DNA of 64,000 nt from Candidatus Cloacimonadales bacterium (GCA_963663475.2 CAXXJV010000001.1:448001-512000), one strand, 5' to 3'; shown: positions 1 through 10,944, numbered from the stretch's first letter. Notes: generated from the sequence alone by a model not told the origin. Translations and numbers: made by a program.

Positions 1-10
1 TTCTCGATTA

Positions 11-766
11 TTAGTGTATTTTTCCATCTACTATTCCTATTATTGCTATTTGCCTTTCAGCTGTCTTATCCCTTCTATAAGAATTATAAGAAGTGTTTTC
101 ATAAGTGCAAACATTACTAGCTATTATATTATTTGCTAAAACTCCACTTTGAACAAGATCTCTTATAATTACCTTCTGCATATCTATATGACGATATTCT
201 TGGTCTAATTTTGTTATTCTTAGAAAATCACTATAGATTTCTGGTGATACTTGATAGTTAGGTCCACTTATGGCAGGACCTATCATAACTACTAAATCAG
301 AAGCTAAAACATCATAGTCTTTTATCATAGTCTCCACTAGAACTTTGACAATTCCATTCTTGCTCCCTTGTCTTCCTGAATGGCAACCACCAATAAGATT
401 CTTCTCTTTAGCATAAACTAAAATAGGACTACAATCAGCTGCTTTGATAACAATAAAAACATTGCATTTATCAGTAATAAAACCATCAACATGACTTACT
501 TCAGCTTTATTATTTGCAAATCCAGCTCCCAAATCTTCATCTGTAATAATTTTTATATCTGTAGAATGAGTCTGCTCTGCCATAACTAATCTGTCATGTG
601 GAATAATCTTGTTTCCTAAAAGTATCTGTCTCTTTCCCTCTTTGAGTAAGGAAAGACTGTCTGTTTTATCACCAAAAGAGTAAAAGATGTTTTGATTTAA
701 TGATTTATTTAACTTCATGATAATAAACAAAAAAGAATCTCTTTTTTTGTCAATTTTTTTTATCAT
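11..766 (-). CDS. pgeF: Peptidoglycan editing factor / polyphenol oxidase (YfiH/PgeF family)
   Basis: Motifs QTHS, DGFIT, ADC-x-P, HSG, IGPAIS and SYRRD; the true start may be the downstream Met (MKLNK). Confidence 0.85.
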   Translation of the reverse strand: MIKKIDKKRDSFLFIIMKLNKSLNQNIFYSFGDKTDSLSLLKEGKRQILLGNKIIPHDRLVMAEQTHSTDIKIITDEDLGAGFANNKAEVSHVDGFITDKCNVFIVIKAADCSPILVYAKEKNLIGGCHSGRQGSKNGIVKVLVETMIKDYDVLASDLVVMIGPAISGPNYQVSPEIYSDFLRITKLDQEYRHIDMQKVIIRDLVQSGVLANNIIASNVCTYENTSYNSYRRDKTAERQIAIIGIVDGKIH

Positions 767-805
767 CTATTAGGCTAAAATGCAGAATGTAAGCCCTAAA
801 ATGCT

Positions 806-919
806 TTAATCCGAATGGTGGAAAAGAGCTTTAGAGAAGAGTGGAGATTCTTTTTAGCAAAATAGCTTGCAAAAGAATATGGTGCTATTCTCAAAGATCT
901 ATTGCATTATTGGGTTTAA
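806..919 (+). repeat. Dispersed ~170-bp hairpin repeat, internally deleted copy
   Basis: Both arms match the full copy at 48492-48661; the apical half is missing. Confidence 0.8.
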
Positions 920-955
920 GGATTCAAGAGGAGAAAAAAACTAAGCTAAGAAGTT

Positions 956-1330
956 TTATTTACTAATCCACATTCCACATTGGTTAAATTTAAAGCCACA
1001 CTTTTCATAGAAGGCTCTTTTACCCTCAGTATGAGTTAGAAAGAAGTAGGTTCCTTTATACTTTTCTAAAATTCTTAAGATTAGTTGTTTACCAATACCC
1101 TGTTTTTGGTAGTGAGGATGAACAATAACATCAAAGATATTAGTATAGTAATAATCATCACTTATAGCTCTAGCAAATGCTATTAATTTATCTTTATCAT
1201 AACAAGTCACATAGTGAGACTTATTAAAAGCAGGGATAATATCATCAGGATTCTTATTCCAACCTACTGATTTAAAAAGACTTATAACTTCTTCTTTTGT
1301 TAATTGATTATTTTCAAAATAGTGGTACAT
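956..1330 (-). CDS. GNAT family N-acetyltransferase
   Basis: Acetyl-CoA motif VHPHYQKQGIG and C-terminal FYEKCGF. Confidence 0.85.
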   Translation of the reverse strand: MYHYFENNQLTKEEVISLFKSVGWNKNPDDIIPAFNKSHYVTCYDKDKLIAFARAISDDYYYTNIFDVIVHPHYQKQGIGKQLILRILEKYKGTYFFLTHTEGKRAFYEKCGFKFNQCGMWISK

Positions 1331-1401
1331 AATAACTCCTTATGAATAAAAAGTACAATTTTGTTGACTAAATGAAGTAAATTTTCCAAGCTGTAAAAAG
1401 G

Positions 1402-1478
<77 letters not shown>

Positions 1479-1545
1479 GATTTGCTTAGAATGAACAAAA
1501 CAGATAGTTATAAAATTTGTCAAGAAAAAATAAAAAGGAGATAGT

Positions 1546-2094
1546 ATGGAAGTCTATATGACCTTCGTGAAAGAGAATGTTATCTTATCTGCTATCATTC
1601 ACTTCGCTATATTAGGTACCTTTGGGGAGATTCTCTCTAAATGGGTTGTAAATAAGAGTGTTAAGTATCCATTTGCTTTCTTTATGACCATCAAGAAAAT
1701 GGTAATTTGGGCTCTTTTAGGTGTTGCTATAAAATACACATTTGTTGGTTTTGCTGGTAATGCAGGCCATAATGATGGCTTTGTAAATGCTTTAATGAAT
1801 CATAACTTTTTGCCTAAACTAGGGCATGATTCATTTTTGTTTGCTTTCTTTGTATCAGCATTTATGAACTTACAGTTTGGACCATTTTTAGTAATAGTTC
1901 ACCGTGTTTTAGATAATCTAGCAGCTGGAGAGAGTAATTGGAAAGGAATAAACAAAGGCTTATATTGTTTATTATGGTTCTGGATTCCAGCCCATACAGT
2001 TACTTTCTTGATGCCAACAGATCTTCGTATTTTAATGGCAGCTGTCTGGTCTTTAGCCTTAGGAATATTGTTAGGCTATTTTAATCGTAAATAA
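1546..2094 (+). CDS. Membrane protein, probably Mpv17/PMP22-like
   Basis: Several hydrophobic segments; C-terminal WFWIPAHTVTF resembles this family; AAGGAG RBS. Confidence 0.55.
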   Translation: MEVYMTFVKENVILSAIIHFAILGTFGEILSKWVVNKSVKYPFAFFMTIKKMVIWALLGVAIKYTFVGFAGNAGHNDGFVNALMNHNFLPKLGHDSFLFAFFVSAFMNLQFGPFLVIVHRVLDNLAAGESNWKGINKGLYCLLWFWIPAHTVTFLMPTDLRILMAAVWSLALGILLGYFNRK

Positions 2095-2108
2095 ATAAAG
2101 AAGGAAGA

Positions 2109-4190
2109 ATGGTTAGTATAGAGGGAGAAATAAAATTTCTGAAAGGGGTTGGTGAATATAGGGCAAAATTACTTAAGAAAGTGGGGGTTGAAACACTGTT
2201 AGATATGATGGAGTACTTTCCCCGAGCCTATATTGACAGAAATGCTGATGTTAAAATTGCTGAGATTGAAAATGATACTAATATAGCCTTAGTTGGTAAA
2301 ATAGTTGATGTCTATGAACAAGCTTACGGCAATAATAAGAAAAAATTACATGCAGTTATTTCAGATAATTCTGATTCCTTAATGCTAACCTGGTTCCGTT
2401 ATCACAAGTGGTTAAGTGATAAACTAAAGATTGGTAAAGAAGTATGGATTAGTGGGAGAGTATCTATCTTCATGAATTCCTTAAATATTGTCCATCCAGA
2501 AATAGAGTTTATTGATGGAGAAGGTGGTGAAGATGATTTTTGGAAGAAGAGACCTCTCCTACCTATTTATAGATTAACAGGTAATTTAACAAATAAAGCT
2601 TTAAGGAAAATAGTATTAAACTGTTTCTCTGAGTATTCCGACTTAATAAGAGAGAATCTTCCACCAAGAATTATTAAAGAGCTTGGCTTAAAAGATAGAA
2701 GATCAGCCTTACAGATTATGCACTTTGCTACTAATGAAGCCTTAGCTTTGCAAACTAGAAAGAGATTTGCCTTTGAAGAACTCTTCTATACCCAAATATT
2801 ACTAGCTAGAACAAAATTCAGACATAAAAAAATTGTGCAAGGTCTTGAATTTAAACTTTTCCATACCTATACCACAAAACTTAAAGAATCTCTCCCATAT
2901 GAACTTACTGGTGCCCAAAAAAGGGTTATTAATGAAATAGTCCAAGATATGACTTCTAAGAAACAAATGAATAGGTTAATTCAGGGAGATGTAGGCTCAG
3001 GAAAGACAATAGTTACTCTCTTTTGTATGCTTTTAGCAGTTGAGAATAGCTATCAAGCTATCATGATGGTACCAACTGAGATTTTAGCCCAACAGCACTT
3101 TCAGACTATTTCAGGATATTTAAGTAACCAGCCAGAACTCAAAATAGCTCTTCTTAAAGGTGGTGTGTATAAGGGTAAAAGTCAGATAAAAGAAGGAATT
3201 AAAGAAGGTAAATTTAACATAATTATTGGGACTCATGCTCTTATTCAAGATGATATTCAATTCTATAAAGCAGGTTTCCTAGTAGTTGATGAACAGCATA
3301 GATTTGGAGTTGAACAAAGAGCTAAGTTATCTCAGAAAATGAACTTTCCTGATATGCTTTATCTCTCAGCAACGCCTATTCCCCGTTCTTTAGCCCTAAC
3401 AGTTTATGGAGACTTAGATGTTTCTCAAATTGACGAATTACCACCCACAAGAAAGCAAGTCAAAACTATCTGGCATGGTCAAGCTAAAAAGAAACACGTT
3501 TATCAAGAAATTGAGAATGAGTTAAAAAAAGGTAGACAGGCTTATGTAGTCTGCCCCCTCGTTGAAGAATCAGAAAAAATGGACTTACAAGATGCTGAAA
3601 CTGTTTTTCAAAGACTTTCACAGGTAGAATTCCCTAACTATAGAGTAGCTCTTTTGCATGGCAGAATGAAAAGTAGTGAGAAAGATGAGATTATGCTGGC
3701 TTTCAAAAATTATGACTATGATATTTTGGTTTCAACAACAGTAATCGAAGTAGGATTAGATGTTCCTAATGCCTCAGTAATGATGATTGAGCATGCAGAA
3801 AGATTTGGATTAAGCCAAATCCACCAGCTTAGAGGCAGAGTTGGTCGGGGTTCAGACCAAGCCTTTTGCTATCTGATAAGTTATCCTCCTATCAGTTCTG
3901 AAGGCAGAGAAAGACTACAAACAATGACAGCCACTAATGATGGATTCTTGATTGCAGAGAAGGATCTAGAATTGCGAGGACCAGGAGACTTCTTTGGAAA
4001 AGAGCAATCAGGAATGCCTCGCTTTAAATTTGCCTCCATAGTAAACGATCAAAAAATCTTACTAGTTGCTAGAGATTTAGCCTTTCAATTAATTAAAGAT
4101 GATCCACATCTAGAAAAAGAAGAAAATAGAATTATCAAAGACTATTATTTTAAAGCATTCTTTGAAAAAGAAAAATTGATAAGATACTAG
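2109..4190 (+). CDS. recG: ATP-dependent DNA helicase RecG
   Basis: QGDVGSGKT, DEQHRFGV, SATPIPR, QLRGRVGRG and DLELRGPG motifs; 693 aa. Confidence 0.97.
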   Translation: MVSIEGEIKFLKGVGEYRAKLLKKVGVETLLDMMEYFPRAYIDRNADVKIAEIENDTNIALVGKIVDVYEQAYGNNKKKLHAVISDNSDSLMLTWFRYHKWLSDKLKIGKEVWISGRVSIFMNSLNIVHPEIEFIDGEGGEDDFWKKRPLLPIYRLTGNLTNKALRKIVLNCFSEYSDLIRENLPPRIIKELGLKDRRSALQIMHFATNEALALQTRKRFAFEELFYTQILLARTKFRHKKIVQGLEFKLFHTYTTKLKESLPYELTGAQKRVINEIVQDMTSKKQMNRLIQGDVGSGKTIVTLFCMLLAVENSYQAIMMVPTEILAQQHFQTISGYLSNQPELKIALLKGGVYKGKSQIKEGIKEGKFNIIIGTHALIQDDIQFYKAGFLVVDEQHRFGVEQRAKLSQKMNFPDMLYLSATPIPRSLALTVYGDLDVSQIDELPPTRKQVKTIWHGQAKKKHVYQEIENELKKGRQAYVVCPLVEESEKMDLQDAETVFQRLSQVEFPNYRVALLHGRMKSSEKDEIMLAFKNYDYDILVSTTVIEVGLDVPNASVMMIEHAERFGLSQIHQLRGRVGRGSDQAFCYLISYPPISSEGRERLQTMTATNDGFLIAEKDLELRGPGDFFGKEQSGMPRFKFASIVNDQKILLVARDLAFQLIKDDPHLEKEENRIIKDYYFKAFFEKEKLIRY

Positions 4191-4269
4191 GAAACTTAAG
4201 CAATATTTTATTGACAAAATACCCTTGATTTACAAGCTTATGCTATCTTACTAAAAAAGCAGGAAATCT

Positions 4270-4896
4270 ATGAAAGAGATTAAGGATAAAAGAGAAAGTT
4301 GGGTTGATAAGAAGAAAAAAAAGAAGCGAGAAAGGATTATTAAAGCTGCAATAGAGCTACTTTCTGACAAGGGTTTTGCTAAAACAAAGATTAAAGACAT
4401 TGCCCAAGATGCTGGAGTAGCTGATGGGACAGTTTACACTTACTTTAATTCAAAAGAAGATTTAATGATGAAAGCCCTAACTGAAAGTCTCCATATCAAA
4501 CTTCTAGAAGTCAAACAGATCACTGCTAAAGAGGCTGATGCAAGAGCTAAAATTCTTAAATTTTTTGATATCCATGCAATTGTCTTTACTCAACACCCCG
4601 AGATAGCTAAATTTTTAGTAGAAGATATTCGCCAGATTAAAGAGTATTACAATAAATATCCTGAATATTCAATCTTTGATGAGTATAGGGATTATATGAT
4701 AGAAATCTACAAAGAAGGAATTGATAAGGGTAGATTCCGTGATGTTTCAGCAGAAGCCTTTGCTTTAACTGTAATTGGAGCTATGGATTTTGTCCTAACT
4801 CAATGGGTTTTAAAGAAACACCAATTTGATTTGAGAGCCATGGTCTTTAGAATAATAGATTTAATCCACTATGGTACAGGTAACTTAGATGTATAA
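4270..4896 (+). CDS. TetR/AcrR family transcriptional regulator
   Basis: N-terminal HTH IAQDAGVADGTVYTYFNSKEDL. Confidence 0.92.
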   Translation: MKEIKDKRESWVDKKKKKKRERIIKAAIELLSDKGFAKTKIKDIAQDAGVADGTVYTYFNSKEDLMMKALTESLHIKLLEVKQITAKEADARAKILKFFDIHAIVFTQHPEIAKFLVEDIRQIKEYYNKYPEYSIFDEYRDYMIEIYKEGIDKGRFRDVSAEAFALTVIGAMDFVLTQWVLKKHQFDLRAMVFRIIDLIHYGTGNLDV

Positions 4897-5695
4897 TATC
4901 ATTCAAATTTCAGATAATGTAAGCCTTCTCCAAGCTAAAAATTCCTTACTAAATTCAACAGTAATTGAAAATGAAGATGGCCTATTAATTATAGATTCTT
5001 TACTACTTCCTAAAGATAGTAAAGATCTATACCAGTTTTGCCTTGAAAAGAAAAAACCCGTTAAATACATCATCAATACCCATTGGCATAGTGATCATTG
5101 CTATGGGAATAGATTTTTTGATTCCTACAAACCTATCATTATTGCTCAGGAAAGTTTCTGGCAGACTATTGAGTCTGAAAAAAATGTCATTGCCCCCAAC
5201 AAGCCCAATATCATTAATAAAAAGCTCTTACGACTTCCCCATATTACTTTTAGTAAAAGCTTACAGATTCCTGAATTTGATTTAATTATCCAGCATGCAC
5301 CAGGCCATTCCTATGACTCCACAAGAATATATTCGAGCCAAGAAGATATTTATTGGACTGGTGACAACTTGCTTAACTCTAATGATGGGAGAATTGCAAT
5401 TCCTTATTTTTACTGGGGAGATCCCCATGCACACCTAGCTGAATTAAAAAGTCTCTCAGAAAAAAAACCAAGACTAATTATTCCTGGCCACGGTTTGCCT
5501 TGCGGATTAGCTAAGGTCCAAAAAGATATGATTTATCTACAAAATCTCCTATTGCAGTATTCAAAACTAGCTTCTTTATGTTTGGAAGGAGACTACCCAA
5601 GCTTAGAAACTTGTTACCCTAAAGAAGCGGGACAAGACTTTTGGGTTGAAAAAATGCATGACCTTAATCTTGAAAAGCTAAAGATGACTAAATAA
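4889..5695 (+). CDS. Metallo-beta-lactamase fold hydrolase
   Basis: THWHSDH, PGHS, TGD and IPGHG motifs; overlaps the tetR stop codon. Confidence 0.88.
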   Translation: MYNIIQISDNVSLLQAKNSLLNSTVIENEDGLLIIDSLLLPKDSKDLYQFCLEKKKPVKYIINTHWHSDHCYGNRFFDSYKPIIIAQESFWQTIESEKNVIAPNKPNIINKKLLRLPHITFSKSLQIPEFDLIIQHAPGHSYDSTRIYSSQEDIYWTGDNLLNSNDGRIAIPYFYWGDPHAHLAELKSLSEKKPRLIIPGHGLPCGLAKVQKDMIYLQNLLLQYSKLASLCLEGDYPSLETCYPKEAGQDFWVEKMHDLNLEKLKMTK

Positions 5696-5836
5696 CCAAA
5701 TAAATCTCTGGAGAAAATCCGATAAACTATCGGGTTATTTAGCATAAATCCCATAAAAATTTATCACAAAAATTAATATTATTGACAGTTTAGCTAGCTT
5801 CAAGCAAATTGCCTAAAAGTGAATATGGGAGTTAAT

Positions 5837-6733
5837 ATGCCTAAAATTGAAGAACTTAGTATAGTTAAAAATCATTACAGTGGAAAAGTGAGAGATATTT
5901 ACGATTTAGGAGACCTTTTATTAATAGTTACAAGTGACAGAATTTCTGCATTTGATGTGGTCTTCCCTAATGAGATTCCTAACAAGGGAAAAATTCTCAA
6001 TCAAATTTCAGTCCACTTTTTTAAAGAAACAAAATCCATTATCGATAACCATTTTGTTACAGATAATATAGATGAATATCCTGAAGAGTTACATACTTTT
6101 AGAGATGAATTAGAAGATAGAAGTATGCTTGTTAAAAAAACTAAAGTAATCCCTTTTGAATGTATTACCCGTGGCTATATAACAGGATCTGCTTGGAGCG
6201 AATATCAAAGAGGTGGTACTGTAGGAAGCACTCTCTTACCTGAAAACATGAAGGAAAGTCAGAGATTTCCAGAAGTTTTATTTACTCCTTCTACAAAAGC
6301 AGAAGAAGGACATGATATTAATATTTCTTACATGGAAATGTTAGCTAGATGTGATAAAATGATTGCAGAAGAACTTAAAAACAAATCACTTGAATTGTAC
6401 AAATATGCTCATTCTATTATGTGGGAAAAGGGTATAATTCTGGCTGATACCAAGTTTGAATTCGGTGTTATAGGTAACAAAATAATCTTAATTGATGAGA
6501 TTCTAACACCTGATTCTTCAAGATATTGGGATATGGATGATTATGTTGTAGGGCAAACTCCTAAATCATATGATAAGCAATATGTGAGAGATTACATCTC
6601 TGAAACTGCTTGGGATAAAACTCCTCCTGCTCCTCAATTACCATTAGAAGTAATTGAAAAAACTTATGAAAAATACTATAATGCTTACAAAATAATTGTA
6701 GGGGATAAGGCAAAAGTATGGGCTACAAAATAG
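5837..6733 (+). CDS. purC: SAICAR synthetase
   Basis: SGKVRDIY, SDRISAFD, FTPSTKA, ADTKFEFG and DEILTPDSSR; start placed at ATG 5837 after GGGAG (ORF track starts at 5819). Confidence 0.96.
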   Translation: MPKIEELSIVKNHYSGKVRDIYDLGDLLLIVTSDRISAFDVVFPNEIPNKGKILNQISVHFFKETKSIIDNHFVTDNIDEYPEELHTFRDELEDRSMLVKKTKVIPFECITRGYITGSAWSEYQRGGTVGSTLLPENMKESQRFPEVLFTPSTKAEEGHDINISYMEMLARCDKMIAEELKNKSLELYKYAHSIMWEKGIILADTKFEFGVIGNKIILIDEILTPDSSRYWDMDDYVVGQTPKSYDKQYVRDYISETAWDKTPPAPQLPLEVIEKTYEKYYNAYKIIVGDKAKVWATK

Positions 6734-7092
6734 TAATAGTTGATGATGAAGTTGAAATTACAGATAACCTAAAAGATGACCTTACTGATTTAACAGATGA
6801 ATTTGAAATAAAATGCTTTAACTATGGCTATGATGCTTTGAATGAAGTTTTTCATGGTGATATTGATTTAATAATTAGTGATATAGCCATGCCAGATATG
6901 GATGGCTATGAGCTTTACAACAGGATAAAAGATTATAATAAAGACCTTCCTATTATCATGATGACTGGTTTCGGTTATGATCCAAATCATGTTCTTGTTA
7001 ATATTAAGAAGTTTGAAAAAGTTGAAGTTTTATTGAAACCTTTTGATCCTGAAGAATTACTTGAAAAGATACAAAGACATTTACACAAATGA
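6718..7092 (+). CDS. Single-domain response regulator (REC)
   Basis: IVDDE, SDIAMPDMDG and KPF. Confidence 0.9.
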   Translation: MGYKIVIVDDEVEITDNLKDDLTDLTDEFEIKCFNYGYDALNEVFHGDIDLIISDIAMPDMDGYELYNRIKDYNKDLPIIMMTGFGYDPNHVLVNIKKFEKVEVLLKPFDPEELLEKIQRHLHK

Positions 7093-7859
7093 AAGAATTT
7101 GATAAATTAGTGAATATTGTCTCTCGCTTAAGAGATCCAGATCATGGTTGTCCTTGGGATCTAAAGCAAAATAGCAAGACCTTAATTAGTGGCATGATTG
7201 AAGAAGTCTATGAAGTAGCTGAAGCAGTAGAATCAGAGAATCAGACTGACCTGCAAGAAGAGTTAGGAGACGTTTTACTACACATCATCCTACAGGCTCA
7301 AATTGCTAGTGAAGAAGAATCATTTACTATAAAGCAGGTTATTGAAGGAATAAGTAGCAAGCTAGTTAGACGTCATCCTCATATTTTCGGAGATGTTAAA
7401 ATGTCTGACCCTCATTTGGTTAAAGAACGCTGGGAGCAGATTAAACTTGCCGAAAAACAAGAAAGAGAGTCTGTGTTAGATGGAGTTCCTCAAGCTATGC
7501 CTGCTTTATTACAAGGTCAAAGACTGCAAGAAAAAGCTGCTTCAGTAGGATTTGATTGGCCAGATATCGAGCCTGTCTTTGCTAAAATACAAGAAGAGAT
7601 AGGAGAAGTAAAGGCTGAAATCCTCAATAATAATCACGAACAATTACAAAATGAAGTAGGTGATCTCCTATTCTCAGTTGTTAATTTAGCAAGAAAACTC
7701 AAGATTGATTCAGAATTGGCAATGAAAAGTGCTAATCGTAAGTTCAGTTCAAGATTCAAGAAAATTGAAAACGAACTAAAAAAAACAGGGAGTAAAATCA
7801 ATGAAAAATCTTTGGAAGACTTGGATAAAATCTGGGATAGTGTCAAAAAAACTGAATAG
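7089..7859 (+). CDS. mazG: Nucleoside triphosphate pyrophosphohydrolase MazG
   Basis: LRDPDHGCPWD, EELGDVLL, RRHPHIF and a second EVGDLLF domain. Confidence 0.95.
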   Translation: MKEFDKLVNIVSRLRDPDHGCPWDLKQNSKTLISGMIEEVYEVAEAVESENQTDLQEELGDVLLHIILQAQIASEEESFTIKQVIEGISSKLVRRHPHIFGDVKMSDPHLVKERWEQIKLAEKQERESVLDGVPQAMPALLQGQRLQEKAASVGFDWPDIEPVFAKIQEEIGEVKAEILNNNHEQLQNEVGDLLFSVVNLARKLKIDSELAMKSANRKFSSRFKKIENELKKTGSKINEKSLEDLDKIWDSVKKTE

Positions 7860-9438
7860 ACATAATTTTTCTACAATATATTTCACTCTTGGCTTTTTAA
7901 TAATTATAGGAATATTTATAGGCTTTAGCCAGATACTTATCAAAAGTCTGAGAGAGGACTCAAAGAAAGCCCCCTCCTTATTTGCTAACTATATATATAA
8001 CACAAAATCATATCTTGATGAAGCTCAAAAGAACTACAATGAGATTGTTACCAGTTTAGAAGTAATAAACGATAATTACCGACAGGCAAATGAGAATTCT
8101 CAACTATTAGCCAAGATTTTTGATCGCTGGATTAGGTCTTTAAGTGAGTTTAAAGGGGAAGAAGATTTTTACGATTACTTCTCTTCAGAATTCACAGAAG
8201 ATTTAAGTTTCCCACTTATTCTAACTGATGATAAAAGAATACCACTTACTTGGCGGAATATAGAAATCCCTGAAATATCCTATCAAGATCTTTCTCGAGC
8301 TGAGAAGGATAGTCTTATTTCTCTCATAAATCGCATGGAAACTATAGATGTAGAAATTTCAGGAAAAATAATAAATTATGTTTATTACCTACCTATAAAA
8401 AACTATCTCAAAGAGCCTCCCCTACCACCCAAGAAATTTGAAGATTTTATAAAATCAATGGAACAACCAATCATTATTACTAACAAGAATAACAATCCTA
8501 TCATCTGGAACAATATTGAAGGCGTTAGTAATGATAATGATTATATATTTCTTTCAACTGCTGAGAAAAGCACATTAACTTCAGCTATTAATAAAATGAA
8601 TGCTATTCCTATTGAATCAGACAACCTAGATATAGGTCGGATATATGTAAGTGAACTACAGGCAATTAAGAATCTTAATATGTTTACAGTTGTTCAGTTA
8701 AGTTTGGTAATCATTTTCTTTTTAATCGGTTTTTTAGGTCTCAAGTTAATAAAGAGAACAGAAAATGATTTAATCTGGGTAGGACTAGCTAAAGAAACAG
8801 CTCACCAGCTAGGAACCCCCATTACTTCCTTAATAGGATGGATTGAATATTTAAAGATAAAGGAAGAGTTTCAAGACCCTGAAAATGCGGAAATGCTTGG
8901 TTTTATGGAGAATGATGTCTTCTATCTCAAGAAGATAGCCTCTAGATTTGGAAAGATTGGCTCTAAGGTTGAGCTTATTCCTTTAGAAATAGCTCCCTTA
9001 CTTGAAGAGAGTGTTAGTTATGTAAGACAGCGATTACCTCATTTAGGTAAAACTATAAGCTTAGAACTCAAGAGCAATGTAGGTCAAAGTAAGATAAAAA
9101 CAGAGAAAGAACTTTTTGGTTGGGTTCTTGAAAACTTACTCAAGAATTGTGTTGATGCACTAAGTGACAAAGGTGGCAAGATAGAAGTCGTAGCTAAAAT
9201 TAAAAATAACGATATCATAATTCTAGTTAGTGATAATGGGAAAGGCATTGATAAGCATTACATAAATAAGATTTTTGAAGCAGGAGTAACAACGAAAAAG
9301 AGAGGTTGGGGTTTAGGCCTAAGCCTAGTAAGAAGGATTATTGTTGATTATCATAAGGGTAAGATAAGAGTAGCCAAAAGTGTTGTAAATAAGGGAACTA
9401 CCTTTGAGATAGTCCTACCTATATACCAGGAGGTTTAA
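7801..9438 (+). CDS. Membrane-bound sensor histidine kinase
   Basis: Two TM segments, H-box ETAHQLGTP, N-box ENLLKN, DNGKG and GWGLGL; the start may be GTG 7840. Confidence 0.9.
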   Translation: MKNLWKTWIKSGIVSKKLNRHNFSTIYFTLGFLIIIGIFIGFSQILIKSLREDSKKAPSLFANYIYNTKSYLDEAQKNYNEIVTSLEVINDNYRQANENSQLLAKIFDRWIRSLSEFKGEEDFYDYFSSEFTEDLSFPLILTDDKRIPLTWRNIEIPEISYQDLSRAEKDSLISLINRMETIDVEISGKIINYVYYLPIKNYLKEPPLPPKKFEDFIKSMEQPIIITNKNNNPIIWNNIEGVSNDNDYIFLSTAEKSTLTSAINKMNAIPIESDNLDIGRIYVSELQAIKNLNMFTVVQLSLVIIFFLIGFLGLKLIKRTENDLIWVGLAKETAHQLGTPITSLIGWIEYLKIKEEFQDPENAEMLGFMENDVFYLKKIASRFGKIGSKVELIPLEIAPLLEESVSYVRQRLPHLGKTISLELKSNVGQSKIKTEKELFGWVLENLLKNCVDALSDKGGKIEVVAKIKNNDIIILVSDNGKGIDKHYINKIFEAGVTTKKRGWGLGLSLVRRIIVDYHKGKIRVAKSVVNKGTTFEIVLPIYQEV

Positions 9439-10923
9439 GTGCAAAATGATTATGTAATAAATCGTGAGCAAATGTATAGTCTAGATAAAAGAACTATGCA
9501 TGAGTTTGCTATTGAATCGCCAATATTAATGGAAATAGCTGGCTTAAAATCTTGCCAAGCTATAGTTGATTTATATCCAGTTCATGACTATAATTATCTA
9601 ATAATGTGTTCTCATGGCAATAACAGTGGAGATGGTTTTGTTATTGCTCGTTGGTTGCATAATCTGAATGCTAATCTTGATATCCTCTTTGTAGGTGATA
9701 AAAAGAAAATGACTGCTGAAAGTTGGAATAACTACAAGCTCTGTCAACAACTCAAAATTAACTTTGTAGATAAGGATAGTTTTAGTTTTGATAAATTAGC
9801 ATCAAATACTATTATTATTGATGCCTTATTAGGAATAGGCTTTACAGGCCAACTTAAAAGTCCCCTGTTTGAATTAATAAGCCAAGCTAACCAGCTTTCT
9901 AATCCAAGAATAGCTATTGATATACCTTCTGGACTTGATGCTAATACAGGACAGACTAGTCTAGCTTTTAAAGCAGACTATACCTTCACCATGGCAGCTA
10001 TTAAACAAGGAATGCTCCTTAATAATGGACCAGCTGTCTGTGGCCAAATTCAGGTTATTGATATTTCTATTCCTGATGACTACTATCATGAACTTGATTT
10101 TTATGCTAAAGTAAACAAGACTATGATCTATCCTGAAAGATATCAACATTCTCATAAGGGACATTATGGTAAGATACTTATTATTGCTGGATCCGAATCA
10201 TTTTCTGGAGCTGCTATCCTGTCTGCAAAAGCATGCGTAAAAGCTGGAGCAGGCTTAGTTAAACTGCTTCATCCTCAAGGAATGGAATCTATCTTTGAAA
10301 CTGAGCTTACAGAAGTTATGACCAAAGGTGTTAGTGGTGAAACTAATATTGGGGATTTTTTACTTTGGGCAGACACAATTCTAATAGGACCAGGCTTAGG
10401 ACAAAGCAAGGATGCTGAACATCTGTTAATAAATGTGTTAAAACATTTTGAAAAGAATATTATTATTGATGCAGATGGGCTTAACTTACTAGCCAAGAAT
10501 AGACATCTCTTATTGAGAAGTAAAGCAAATATTTTACTAACACCTCATCTGGGAGAGTTTGCTAGACTTTGTGGCATTACTTTAACAGATTTAATGCAAG
10601 ATATAATCAGATATGCTAAAGCATTTGTGAAGGATTATCCAATTTCCCTTTTGCTTAAAAGCGCTAAGACTCTTTATTTGGATAGAGAAAAAGCTGTCTT
10701 TAATGTTTCAGGAAATGATGGTTTATCCACAGGTGGTTCAGGAGATGTTTTAGCTGGGATAATTAGCAGTTTTGTAGGCCAGAAGCTCCCCTTAGACCAA
10801 GCTGCAATAAGTGCTTCCTATTACTTAGGCAAGCTAGTAGAAAATATGGCTAGCCAACAAGCAACTTTTTCTATTATCCCTAGTGAGATTATTAAGTCTA
10901 TCGGAAAATACAATATAAGATAA
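9439..10923 (+). CDS. nnr: Bifunctional NAD(P)HX epimerase/dehydratase
   Basis: GNNSGDG, DALLGIG and DIPSG (epimerase); HKGHYG, GPGLG, DADGL, TPHLGE and GGSGDVLAG (dehydratase). Confidence 0.93.
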   Translation: MQNDYVINREQMYSLDKRTMHEFAIESPILMEIAGLKSCQAIVDLYPVHDYNYLIMCSHGNNSGDGFVIARWLHNLNANLDILFVGDKKKMTAESWNNYKLCQQLKINFVDKDSFSFDKLASNTIIIDALLGIGFTGQLKSPLFELISQANQLSNPRIAIDIPSGLDANTGQTSLAFKADYTFTMAAIKQGMLLNNGPAVCGQIQVIDISIPDDYYHELDFYAKVNKTMIYPERYQHSHKGHYGKILIIAGSESFSGAAILSAKACVKAGAGLVKLLHPQGMESIFETELTEVMTKGVSGETNIGDFLLWADTILIGPGLGQSKDAEHLLINVLKHFEKNIIIDADGLNLLAKNRHLLLRSKANILLTPHLGEFARLCGITLTDLMQDIIRYAKAFVKDYPISLLLKSAKTLYLDREKAVFNVSGNDGLSTGGSGDVLAGIISSFVGQKLPLDQAAISASYYLGKLVENMASQQATFSIIPSEIIKSIGKYNIR

Positions 10924-10944
10924 AACTTTTACTCAGGAGGTAAG

